A stretch of 64,000 nt of DNA from Parcubacteria group bacterium Gr01-1014_31 (GTDB lineage Bacteria; Patescibacteriota; Patescibacteriia; Buchananbacterales; GWA2-38-13): NCBI GenBank assembly GCA_007376135.1, contig VMFR01000003.1, positions 75,660-139,659 on the forward strand, in the 5' to 3' direction. The notes under the pieces are model-generated. The model had not been told where the DNA came from and did not search any database. It worked only from the letters and a program-made list of their open reading frames with translations. The number at the start of each line of letters is the position of its first letter. Positions within the stretch are counted from its first letter, which is position 1. A program made the translations under genes and the position numbers. Below, piece by piece: positions 46,591 to 54,874 of this stretch.

Positions 46591-47469
46591 ATGACCCTGC
46601 AAAAAGACCGAGTCTATATCCTGGCGGGCGCGACCGGTAGCGAGATCTTGCGCCGCGGTTTCCCCACCAAGCTGCCGCTGTGGTCAGCCCAGGTATTGTT
46701 TGAGAAACCGGAATTGGTCCGGCAGATCTACGTCGATTATATTCGCGCGGGGGCCGATATTATCGTGACCAATACCTTCCGCACGCAGCGCCGGACGCTC
46801 GCCAAGGCCGGCCGCGCCGATGCGACCGGGCGCATCAATCGCCTGGCGGTGGACCTTGCCCTTCAGGCGCGCGGGGAAGCGGCGGGCGGCCAGCCGGTGC
46901 TCATCGGCGCGAGCATGACGACGCTGGAAGATTGCTACCGGCCGGACTTGCTGCCGACCGCGCAGGAGATGGAAGCCGAGCATCGCGAGCAGGCCCAGCT
47001 TTTAGCGAGCGCGCCGATCGATTTTTTTCTACTGGAAACATTCAACAGCATCCAGGAGGCCGTCATAGCGGCGCGCGCTGCCGCCGCGACTGGCAAACCC
47101 CTGATGGTCAGTTTCACCGCCAATACGCGCGGTGACATTCTGAACGGCGACCAATGGAGTGAGGCGATCCGCCAGGTGGAGGAATTCTCCCCGCTGGCCA
47201 TCATGGTCAACTGCGTACCCCCAGCCGTTGCGACCGCGGCGCTGGAAAAGATCAAACGGAGCACGGCGCTGCCGTTCGGCGCGTATGCCAATGGGGCCGG
47301 CGAAGCCGACACGACCGATGGCTGGAAATTCTCCTCCGGTGACCGCATCGGCCAGTATCTTGACCACTGCCGCGACTGGGCGGATATGGGGGCGACCATC
47401 ATCGGCGGATGCTGCGGGACCAACCACGAGTACACGCGCGCTTACCGCCAGTTCCGGCGTCCGCAGTGA
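46591..47469 (+). CDS. mmuM: homocysteine S-methyltransferase
   Basis: Pfam S-methyl_trans-type sequence with a GGCCGT zinc-binding motif near the C-terminus. Confidence 0.85.
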   Translation: MTLQKDRVYILAGATGSEILRRGFPTKLPLWSAQVLFEKPELVRQIYVDYIRAGADIIVTNTFRTQRRTLAKAGRADATGRINRLAVDLALQARGEAAGGQPVLIGASMTTLEDCYRPDLLPTAQEMEAEHREQAQLLASAPIDFFLLETFNSIQEAVIAARAAAATGKPLMVSFTANTRGDILNGDQWSEAIRQVEEFSPLAIMVNCVPPAVATAALEKIKRSTALPFGAYANGAGEADTTDGWKFSSGDRIGQYLDHCRDWADMGATIIGGCCGTNHEYTRAYRQFRRPQ

Positions 47470-47488
47470 CCCGAAAAAAACGCCGTGC

Positions 47489-47517
47489 TTGACACGGTGA
47501 TTTTTTCGCCGTATACT
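47489..47517 (+). promoter_or_regulatory. sigma70-like promoter (TTGACA-17-TATACT)
   Basis: Overlaps a bidirectional hairpin after mmuM. Confidence 0.5.
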
Positions 47518-47676
47518 CGGCGTGGCGCAGCCGTACCTTACAACGTCGGTCCCCTCCAGGGCTAAGTCCAGACGGCTGCCTGGCTTTGGTCCTGGAGGGC
47601 AGGACCCCTGGTCCGGCGGGCGGAGTTGGTCGCCGACTCGCCCCCTCCACTGCTTATCCTTAAGCACGGTGGGAAT

Positions 47677-47814
47677 ATGCACGGCATTTTCCTGCTCGTC
47701 TTCACCTTCGTCCTGGTGAAGCTGTTCTTCCCCGACCTCGGGGGAGAAGTGGAGAGCCTCCTGATGGGGGCTATCGAGACGTTGAAAAACGTCATCGGTA
47801 GCACCCCAGTCTAG
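47677..47814 (+). CDS. small hydrophobic peptide (45 aa), tentative
   Basis: GGTGGGA RBS; MHGIFLLVFTFVLVKLFF...; preceded by a GC-rich structured leader of about 150 nt; followed by a 11-bp-stem hairpin at 47820-47845. Confidence 0.35.
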   Translation: MHGIFLLVFTFVLVKLFFPDLGGEVESLLMGAIETLKNVIGSTPV

Positions 47815-47889
47815 GCGACAGAGAGTCTTCTTTCGAAGACTCTCTTCTCCTTGGCACCTTCGCTCGAGGGTATTTTTTTTACGGGAAAA

Positions 47890-48075
47890 TCACTCTACCG
47901 CGTCCAGCTCCTCCAGCGCTCCGTCCAGTCCGTCATCCAGGAGCGCGGGGTCGGGAGTGGCGGACGGTTGCGGCGAGGGAAGGGGCGCCGGCGGGGCGGC
48001 GGGAACGGCGCGCTGGCACCCAGCGGCCGTCAGCGCAAGCGCCGCCGCGAGCATGATGAGCATGTTCTTTTTCAT
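47890..48075 (-). CDS. small lipoprotein
   Basis: MKKNMLIMLAAALALTAAGC lipobox, Pro/Ala-rich, acidic C-terminus. Confidence 0.45.
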   Translation of the reverse strand: MKKNMLIMLAAALALTAAGCQRAVPAAPPAPLPSPQPSATPDPALLDDGLDGALEELDAVE

Positions 48076-48077
48076 AC

Positions 48078-49214
48078 CTATTTCAGCGCGGGGGTAATGT
48101 CGCGGATGAAAGTTTGCCAAGCGGCGCGCACTTCAAGGATAATGGCGCGGCGTTGCGTTTTGGTGGTGGCGAGATTGAAGCGTTGTTTTGCCTCTTCTTG
48201 GGCGGTGATGAATTGCGCGACGCGAGCAACCGGCGCGCCGCGTTCCACGAGGTCTTCGGCGCGTTCTTCCAGGTCGTAGAAGCGGAATTTGATTAGGGCG
48301 TAGACCTGCGTCCGCAGGGTCACGCGGCAGTCGTCCTGCTCGTTGGCCGGCAGTTGAGCGCAGGCAGACGCGGCAGCCGTCAGGTCCTCAACGCCAAGAA
48401 TTTTTTTGACGCAAGCGATACGCTTCGGGCCGACCGGAAATTCCCAGCATGCCTGCAGCTGCCGGTAGCGGCTGACACATTGCTCCCGCGCTGTGGTATC
48501 GCCGAGCGTGCGGCACTCCTCGGGCAGGTAGAGGATGGCTTGCTGGCGGGCAAGTTCTGTTTCCGAGAGCCGCAGGCGGCAACTGATGCGTTCCGGCAGC
48601 GCCGGCAGATCGGAGCACAGAAGTTCGATATGGACGGGCGTGAGGGACGGCGTGGGTGAAGGTAATGGTCGGGACGTAGGGGTTGGCCGCGGCTTGTTTC
48701 TGGGGTCGTTACCGCTGCGAATTTCGGTGCGGTCGTCAAAGCCGTCACCATCGGTATCTTTGGCGTTCGGGTTGGTGCCGAGCCGCTGTTCCTCCACGTC
48801 CGATAGTCCGTCCCCGTCGGCGTCGGACGGCGGGATGGGTTGGGAGAGTTGGCACGCCTGTTCGGTCGGCGGCTCGGGCGTTTCGGCCGTGGGACAGTCG
48901 AAGTTCAGCGTGCAGCTACGCTGCTGGCGGACGCCGTCGCAGATCGACCACGCACCGCACTCCCATGTGTCCTCCGTGCACGGCGGGGTGCAGGCTTGCT
49001 GTTCGGCCGGCTTTTGGTCCGTGACGCCGGGGCAGTCGTACGAGAGCGTGCAGCTCCGGGTTTGTGTGCCGTCTGCGCTACAGGCCGACCAATCGCTGCA
49101 AAACCACGTGTCGTTGGCGCAGGCCGGAGAGCCGCCCCCGCCGCTGCCGACCGCTAAAACCGCAGGTGCCGTGGCCAGCAGTGCTGCGGCGGTTATGAGG
49201 AGAGTCTTTCCCAT
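48078..49214 (-). CDS. secreted Cys-rich protein with duplicated W/C modules and DxDxDG calcium-binding-type repeats
   Basis: Signal peptide; two modules of about 45 aa (C..DTW.C..WS.C...G.Q.RSCTL..DCP); DADGDGLSD and DTDGDGFDD repeats; Pro-rich linker; C-terminal helical domain. Confidence 0.6.
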   Translation of the reverse strand: MGKTLLITAAALLATAPAVLAVGSGGGGSPACANDTWFCSDWSACSADGTQTRSCTLSYDCPGVTDQKPAEQQACTPPCTEDTWECGAWSICDGVRQQRSCTLNFDCPTAETPEPPTEQACQLSQPIPPSDADGDGLSDVEEQRLGTNPNAKDTDGDGFDDRTEIRSGNDPRNKPRPTPTSRPLPSPTPSLTPVHIELLCSDLPALPERISCRLRLSETELARQQAILYLPEECRTLGDTTAREQCVSRYRQLQACWEFPVGPKRIACVKKILGVEDLTAAASACAQLPANEQDDCRVTLRTQVYALIKFRFYDLEERAEDLVERGAPVARVAQFITAQEEAKQRFNLATTKTQRRAIILEVRAAWQTFIRDITPALK

Positions 49215-49226
49215 AGAACGCCGCCA

Positions 49227-50081
49227 TTGTACCATAGGGGCAGTTTTTCCCGGAATATGCCTCACTCACGGCCCATCCCCGCGGCAGCCGTCCGCCGCCT
49301 ACGCCGCAAGCTTTTGGCATGGTACCGCCGCCATGGCACGGATTTTTTGTGGCGCCATCGTCCGACCCCGTACCGCGTGCTGGTGGCCGAAGTGATGTTG
49401 CAGCAAACCCAGGTCAGTAGAGTGGAACCAAAGTACCGCGCGTTCCTGCGCCGCTACCCGACCCTGCGCGCGCTGGCGCGCGCAAAAACCCGTGAATTAC
49501 TCACCCTGTGGTCGGGGCTTGGCTACAATCGCCGTGCGCTTGCACTGCGGGATTGCGCCCGCACGGTGGTCGCGCGCCACGGCGGCCGTTTGCCGGACGC
49601 GTTGGTCGCATTGTTGGCGCTGCCGGGCATCGGGTCCTACACCGCCCACGCCATCAACATTTTTGCCCGTAATCGCGACGAGGTCTGCGTGGACACCAAC
49701 GTCCGCCGTGTCCTTATCCACGAGCTTTCGCTTCCCTCGGATTGCCCGCCCGCGCGGGTGGAACAGGTCGCCCTGCAGGTATTGCCGAAAGGACGTTCCC
49801 GCGAGTGGCACAATGCCTTGATGGATTACGGCCGCACGGTCGCGACGGGTCGGGCAACCGGCGTTCGTTCGTCGCCGCGTCGTCCTGAACCGTTCGTCGG
49901 TTCCTCGCGGTATTACCGCGGGAGGCTCATGGCCGCGCTGGTCGGCCGTCCGTTCATGCCGTGGCAAACGCTTGCCCGTCATTTGCGTTTGCCCTTCGCC
50001 AGAGTAAAAAAGATCGCCGCCGGGATGGCGCGCGACGGATTAGTTATTGTCCAGCCCAGCGGGGCAGAGTTGCCGCGCTAG
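49227..50081 (+). CDS. HhH-GPD base-excision glycosylase (MutY/Nth-like; no Fe-S cluster motif seen)
   Basis: LLAWYRRHGTDFLWR, VMLQQTQV, HhH GIGSYTA, catalytic VDTNVRRV. Confidence 0.7.
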   Translation: MYHRGSFSRNMPHSRPIPAAAVRRLRRKLLAWYRRHGTDFLWRHRPTPYRVLVAEVMLQQTQVSRVEPKYRAFLRRYPTLRALARAKTRELLTLWSGLGYNRRALALRDCARTVVARHGGRLPDALVALLALPGIGSYTAHAINIFARNRDEVCVDTNVRRVLIHELSLPSDCPPARVEQVALQVLPKGRSREWHNALMDYGRTVATGRATGVRSSPRRPEPFVGSSRYYRGRLMAALVGRPFMPWQTLARHLRLPFARVKKIAAGMARDGLVIVQPSGAELPR

Positions 50082-50818
50082 CTTATCCATCGTTCCACCA
50101 GGAACCCGACCGCGTAGGCGGCGACCGCAGCCGAACCGCCCACCAGCAGCATCTGCAGGCCGCCCCAGTACCATTTCTGTACGGTCAGCCGGCTGCGAGA
50201 GGCGCCGACCGCGAACATCGCGGTGGCGGTCATGACAATCGAGGCTTGGACGGCGGCAACGCCCGATAGGCGCAGAAGGTAGGGGATGAGCGGCACCATG
50301 CCGGCGGCGGCGAAGGCAACGAACGTCGCCAAACCGCGACGGGCGGGGCTTGCCGGGTGGTCTTCAATGACCCCCAATTCCTCGCGCATCATGAAGTCCA
50401 CCCATCGTTTTTTATCAGCGGTGATGGTGCGTGCCGCTTCCTGCAGCAGCGGCGGGGTGAACCCCCAGCGGCGAAAGATCTCCTCCACTTCTTCTTTTTC
50501 CATTTCCGGGAATTTTTCTATCTCCTCGATCTCTCCGAGCCGCTGGCGGCGCTGGTAGTCCACCTCCGAGCGCTGTCCCAGATAGTTGCCCAAGCCCATG
50601 GAGAGGCCATCCGCCAGGAGGTTGGCCAGGCCGAAAATGAGCACCGTGAAGGGCGCCAAGTGGGCGCCTTGGGCGCCGGCGACCACCGCGAACGTGGTCA
50701 CCAGCCCGTCGTTTGCGCCGAAAATAAAGTCGGCCAGGTAGCGGCCGCTGGCGGTGCCCTGGCGTTTGTCGGCCAGCTCGTGCTGCAGCCGAGCGAGTTG
50801 TTTGGCGTGTTTATCCAT
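50078..50818 (-). CDS. VIT1/CCC1-family iron/manganese transporter
   Basis: FGANDGLVTTFAVVAG signature, central cytoplasmic helices, 5 TM; start placed at MDKHAKQ. Confidence 0.8.
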   Translation of the reverse strand: MDKHAKQLARLQHELADKRQGTASGRYLADFIFGANDGLVTTFAVVAGAQGAHLAPFTVLIFGLANLLADGLSMGLGNYLGQRSEVDYQRRQRLGEIEEIEKFPEMEKEEVEEIFRRWGFTPPLLQEAARTITADKKRWVDFMMREELGVIEDHPASPARRGLATFVAFAAAGMVPLIPYLLRLSGVAAVQASIVMTATAMFAVGASRSRLTVQKWYWGGLQMLLVGGSAAVAAYAVGFLVERWIS

Positions 50819-50926
50819 GGCGGGACAACGGGAAGGAATGGGGATAGTATAGCCGGTTTTTTTCCGTTGTGCCATGCGGCGGTAAAAAAACGGGGGCGAA
50901 AGCCCCCGTTTTTTTGTCGTCGCGGT

Positions 50927-51199
50927 TTACTGCGCGTTCAATTCCTGTTCGATATCGCCCAACTCCGTATCCAGGTCCGCGGTGCCGACGGCTTCCAGGT
51001 CGGCTTGGATGGCCGCATCCTCATCGGCGTTCGCCGCCGGAGCCCCTGAATCGTCATTCTTTTTTTCCATCACGGCGCCGTTGTCGGTTTCGGTATTGCC
51101 GTTCGCGCTCTCGTCAGCGGCGGGTGCCGCCTGGCGGGTGCAGCCGGCGATGACGAGCGTTGCGGCCGCCGCGAGCAGGAGGTATTTCGAGTACTGCAT
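50927..51199 (-). CDS. small acidic lipoprotein
   Basis: MQYSKYLLLAAAATLVIAGC lipobox; start placed there, not at the ORF's first Met. Confidence 0.45.
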   Translation of the reverse strand: MQYSKYLLLAAAATLVIAGCTRQAAPAADESANGNTETDNGAVMEKKNDDSGAPAANADEDAAIQADLEAVGTADLDTELGDIEQELNAQ

Positions 51200-51215
51200 A
51201 GTGGGAAAATTAGCG

Positions 51216-51794
51216 TTACGGAGTGGTCGTGGCGGTGGAGGTGCTGGCGCCGTTTCCGCCGGAGGGATTACCGACCCGCAGCCCGCGGATCTGGGTGATG
51301 GCCTTGACCAGGTTGGCATGCGCATCCTTCAAGTCGGTGACGATCCCGCGGATGATGGTCTTGAGTTCCTCAAAGACCGTGCGCGGCGTTTCCGACCCGA
51401 CGAGTTTCTCAAGCTTCGTTTTGGCCTGGGCGACGCCATCCTTGGCTTCCTGCCAGGCGGTTTTTGCCTTGGCGACGTAGGCCTTGGCTTCGGTGGTGTC
51501 CGTTCCCTGCTGGTCGAGCGCCCGGATGCGCGCCTCGATCCGGTCGGTCAGGGTCTTGAGGCGCTCCACGCGGTTTTGCAACCGCTCGGTCATGCGGTTG
51601 AAGTGCCGCCGGACGTTCTGCTGCCGAACCACAGCGAGCTTGGCGCGGACCTCTTCGCGGCGTTCCTGCCGTTCTTCGCGGCGCGTGCCGCCCGGGCCGG
51701 TGGTCGTCGGTGTTTGCGCCAGGACCGGCAGCGCGGATGCCAGAAGCAGCGCGGTTGCGCCGAGTCCGGCGAGTCGGATCGTACAGGTTCGCAT
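51216..51794 (-). CDS. secreted alpha-helical protein, hypothetical
   Basis: Signal peptide, then a charged coiled-coil-like sequence. Confidence 0.45.
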   Translation of the reverse strand: MRTCTIRLAGLGATALLLASALPVLAQTPTTTGPGGTRREERQERREEVRAKLAVVRQQNVRRHFNRMTERLQNRVERLKTLTDRIEARIRALDQQGTDTTEAKAYVAKAKTAWQEAKDGVAQAKTKLEKLVGSETPRTVFEELKTIIRGIVTDLKDAHANLVKAITQIRGLRVGNPSGGNGASTSTATTTP

Positions 51795-51884
51795 AGGGTA
51801 CCTCGCTGGGTCAGCGGCTCAGGGGCCGTTGACGATTAGGGGATAATGGGCCCTCGGCGGTTGTGCCGCGTCGGGTGAACGAAA

Positions 51885-52559
51885 TTAACGGTACACCAGG
51901 GTGATGTGGATGGGAAGCTCGTTGCTGACGGGGTTCATCGGGCTACCCTCGTCGTATTTGAAGGAGCCCCAATCGCGGCGGTTGATGGTGACGCTGCCCT
52001 TGAGAGTAACGGAGCCGTCGGCGTTCTCCAGGATGCTGACCGGCGCAGTTACCGGCAAGGTTTTCTCGCGGATGGTCAGGTCGCCGGTCACCAGGTGCTG
52101 CTTGCCGTCCGATTCCGCTTTGGTGACGAAGAACTTCAGGGTCGGGTACTTGGTAACGTCAAAGAACGCGTCGCTCTTGAGGTGGTTGTCGCGGGCGGAA
52201 ATCCCGGTCTCGATGGAACTGGCGTCGATGACCAGCGTGGCGGAAAGTTTAGTGAAGTCGCTCCGGTCAAAGCTGCCCGTAGCCGTCATTTTTGCGAAAC
52301 GCCCGCTGCCATCGTGGAGTTTAGAATCGAAATCGAAGGCAATCTCGCTCGCGGCGGCGTCAATGACCGTCAGCACATCCTTTTTTTCCATGGCCGCCGG
52401 GGTGTCCGAGGCGGACGGGGTGGGGGAGGCGTCTCCGTCGGAAGGTGTGCCCGGGCGCGTGGCCAGCCAGTAGCCGCCGGCCGCCAGCACCAGCAGGATG
52501 ACCACGATCAGCCCGCCGTTCATTTTTTTGCCGCCCGCTGCGGCGTTGAATTGCTCCAT
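51885..52559 (-). CDS. YceI-family protein (membrane-anchored)
   Basis: N-terminal TM anchor plus a YceI-like beta-barrel region. Confidence 0.8.
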   Translation of the reverse strand: MEQFNAAAGGKKMNGGLIVVILLVLAAGGYWLATRPGTPSDGDASPTPSASDTPAAMEKKDVLTVIDAAASEIAFDFDSKLHDGSGRFAKMTATGSFDRSDFTKLSATLVIDASSIETGISARDNHLKSDAFFDVTKYPTLKFFVTKAESDGKQHLVTGDLTIREKTLPVTAPVSILENADGSVTLKGSVTINRRDWGSFKYDEGSPMNPVSNELPIHITLVYR

Positions 52560-52708
52560 AGTACAGTAATGAAATTAGTTCTTAGTATGATGATAGTAGT
52601 AGGTGGCAGCTGTTTTGGCAAGGGTGGAACTCCCTTGACGAGCGTAAAAAAAAGTGGCCGGGTAACCGGCCACCGAAGGGAAAGGTGCGGAACTGGTCGC
52701 AGAGCGGT

Positions 52709-53995
52709 TTAGGGTGCCGCCGCGATGTCGGTGCGGAACTGGCGGTCACGGAAGGTGACGCCGTTTGCCAGACGGTAAGCCGTTTGGCGGGCGTTGTCGA
52801 TGCTGTCGCCCAAGGCGACGACGTTAAGCACGCGCCCGCCGGCCGTGCAAAGATCGCCGTTTGTGCCGCGGGCGGTCGCGCCGTGAAATATGAGCCCTTC
52901 GGCCAGCGTGCCATCGGGTTGAAGGCCGCTGATGGGGAGGCCGGTGGTGGGGCCGTGCGTCGTCCCGTAGCCGGGCGCCGCCAGGACGATGCCGACGGCG
53001 GATTGCGGCCGCCAGCGCGGGTAGTAGTTGTAGAGCGTGCCAGTGGCGGCGCCCAGCAGGAGTTCGACCACGTCGCTCTCCAGCCGCGGCAGGGTCACCT
53101 GGGTTTCGGGGTCGCCGAACCGGCAGTTGATCTCCAGGACTTTGGGGCCCTGGTCGGTCAGCATCAGGCCGAAGTACAACGCGCCCACGAACGGGCGCTG
53201 GTCCCGCTGGAGGGCGCGGACCGTCGGCTTCACTATCCGTTCCATGATCTCGTGCTCCAGCGCGGGCGTGACGTCCGGCAGGGGGCTGTACGCGCCCATG
53301 CCGCCCGTGTTGGGTCCCTGGTCGCCGTCGCGCAACCGCTTGAAGTCGCGTGCCGGGCAGAGCGGGACGGCGTGGGTGCCGTCCGTGATAACGGTGAACG
53401 AACACTCGCGGCCCGTCAGGCAGTCCTCGATGATGAGCGAGTTGCCGGCCGGGCCGAAGGCCTGGTCGACCAGGATGCGGTCGATGGCCGCTTCGGCCTC
53501 GGCAATGGTTGCCGCGACCGTCACACCCTTGCCGCCACACAGGCCGTCGGCTTTGACCACGATGGGCGCGCCGTGTTGGCGCACGAACGCCTTGGCCGGA
53601 TGGGAGTGGCTGTAGCGGCGGTAGGCCGCGGTCGGAATGCGATGGCTGGTCAGGAATCCTTTACAGAATCCCTTGCTGACCTCGAGCATGGCCGCGCGCA
53701 GCGACGGGCCAAAAATGAGCAGCCCGTTGCGGCGGAAGGTGTCCGCGATACCTGCGGCGAGCGGTCCCTCGGGGCCGACCACCGTCAGGTCGATGCGCTC
53801 GGTGACGGCCAGTTCCAGCAGGCCGTGGATGTTGTCTGCCGCGATCTCGCGACAGTTGGCGAGGTGAGCGATGCCGGCGTTGCCGGGGGCGCAAAACACT
53901 TTTGCGACCAGCGGGCTGCGGGAAATCGCCCAGCATAAGGCGTGCTCGCGGCCGCCGCCGCCGACCACCAGTATGCGGTACTTGCCTTCGTCCAT
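52709..53995 (-). CDS. purD: phosphoribosylamine--glycine ligase
   Basis: MDEGKYRILVVGGGGREHAL N-terminus; ATP-grasp motifs. Confidence 0.92.
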   Translation of the reverse strand: MDEGKYRILVVGGGGREHALCWAISRSPLVAKVFCAPGNAGIAHLANCREIAADNIHGLLELAVTERIDLTVVGPEGPLAAGIADTFRRNGLLIFGPSLRAAMLEVSKGFCKGFLTSHRIPTAAYRRYSHSHPAKAFVRQHGAPIVVKADGLCGGKGVTVAATIAEAEAAIDRILVDQAFGPAGNSLIIEDCLTGRECSFTVITDGTHAVPLCPARDFKRLRDGDQGPNTGGMGAYSPLPDVTPALEHEIMERIVKPTVRALQRDQRPFVGALYFGLMLTDQGPKVLEINCRFGDPETQVTLPRLESDVVELLLGAATGTLYNYYPRWRPQSAVGIVLAAPGYGTTHGPTTGLPISGLQPDGTLAEGLIFHGATARGTNGDLCTAGGRVLNVVALGDSIDNARQTAYRLANGVTFRDRQFRTDIAAAP

Positions 53996-54137
53996 TTCAG
54001 TTCTCCTTGGGCTGTCCAACAGCTGCCGCGGTACTTCCCGCGACGTATTTGGCACGGGGTGCCAAAACGGCTGCGGGGTGGGTTGTCAAATTGCATGACC
54101 AACATCATCAGTCACCATTGTCGGTGGCCAACTCCCT

Positions 54138-54166
54138 AGGATAGCAGAAAAGACCGTTTTGTTCAA
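54138..54166 (-). promoter_or_regulatory. candidate purD promoter (TTGAAC-17-TATCCT on the minus strand)
   Basis: Hexamers read on the minus strand. Confidence 0.4.
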
Positions 54167-54303
54167 TCCCCGCGCATCATGGGCCATCGCCGGGGTGGGG
54201 ATGAGTATCGGTTGACACCCATTGATACGTTATGGTTAGATATTTTTTATAACCCGACATCTGGTCTTTCCGTGCAGCCCTTTTGGTGGAAAGGAGGAGA
54301 GAA

Positions 54304-54333
54304 GTGAACAACTTCAACCAGAACAACAACTAG
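54304..54333 (+). CDS. 9-codon Asn-rich mini-ORF (V/M-N-N-F-N-Q-N-N-N), possible leader peptide
   Basis: AGGAGG 6 nt upstream of the GTG; 6 of 8 codons after the start are AAC; followed 30 nt later by an intrinsic terminator. Confidence 0.3.
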   Translation: MNNFNQNNN

Positions 54334-54363
54334 CCACGAAGAAGCAACGGCTAGATACGTTGG

Positions 54364-54396
54364 GTGGGCAGCCCCAGAGGGCAGCCCACTTTTTTT
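54364..54396 (+). terminator. intrinsic terminator
   Basis: gtgggcagccc-cagag-gggcagcccac hairpin plus ttttttt. Confidence 0.6.
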
Positions 54397-54463
54397 GTCC
54401 GGTTGACGCCGCGCGGGGAGTGAGGTATCCTGCTTTTTCGCCCTTTTCCAAGGAGGTGCTCCG

Positions 54464-54841
54464 ATGGTTGCAAATTTTCGCTGGTTCATTCCCGACCGGC
54501 TGGCCGGCGGGTCAAAACCTTGCTACGAGGAAGATGTGCTGTGGCTGGCCATGACCCGTTTCCGCGCGGTGGTGAGTCTGGAGGACACGAGCGACTTTGT
54601 CGACCGGTTGTTGGCCGAACGCCGGTTCGCCCGCCATCGTTTGCTCATTGAGTTTGACCACACCGACCAGGAGTTGGTCGAGCCAACTGCCGACGAGCTG
54701 GCGGCCGCGCTCGCGTTTATCCGCGATCAGTTGACCGGAAAAAATCCGGTCTATGTGCACTGCAGCGCCGGCATTCGTCGCACGCGCTATTTTATCGACC
54801 GGGTCCTGTCGGTGCTCGCTCCGACCCGTCACGACTCGTGA
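54464..54841 (+). CDS. dual-specificity / tyrosine protein phosphatase-like protein
   Basis: VHCSAGIRRT (HCx5R P-loop). Confidence 0.75.
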   Translation: MVANFRWFIPDRLAGGSKPCYEEDVLWLAMTRFRAVVSLEDTSDFVDRLLAERRFARHRLLIEFDHTDQELVEPTADELAAALAFIRDQLTGKNPVYVHCSAGIRRTRYFIDRVLSVLAPTRHDS

Positions 54842-54874
54842 CGCCCCCGCCAGGGCGTCTTTTTTTGGTCGCGA

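Noticed and set aside
53996-54300. Purine or ZTP riboswitch in the purD 5' UTR
   Set aside because: I looked for the purine-riboswitch and ZTP (GGGUCGUGAC / CCGCCUGGGCA) blocks on the minus strand and found none. Only a promoter-like TTGAAC-17-TATCCT was found.
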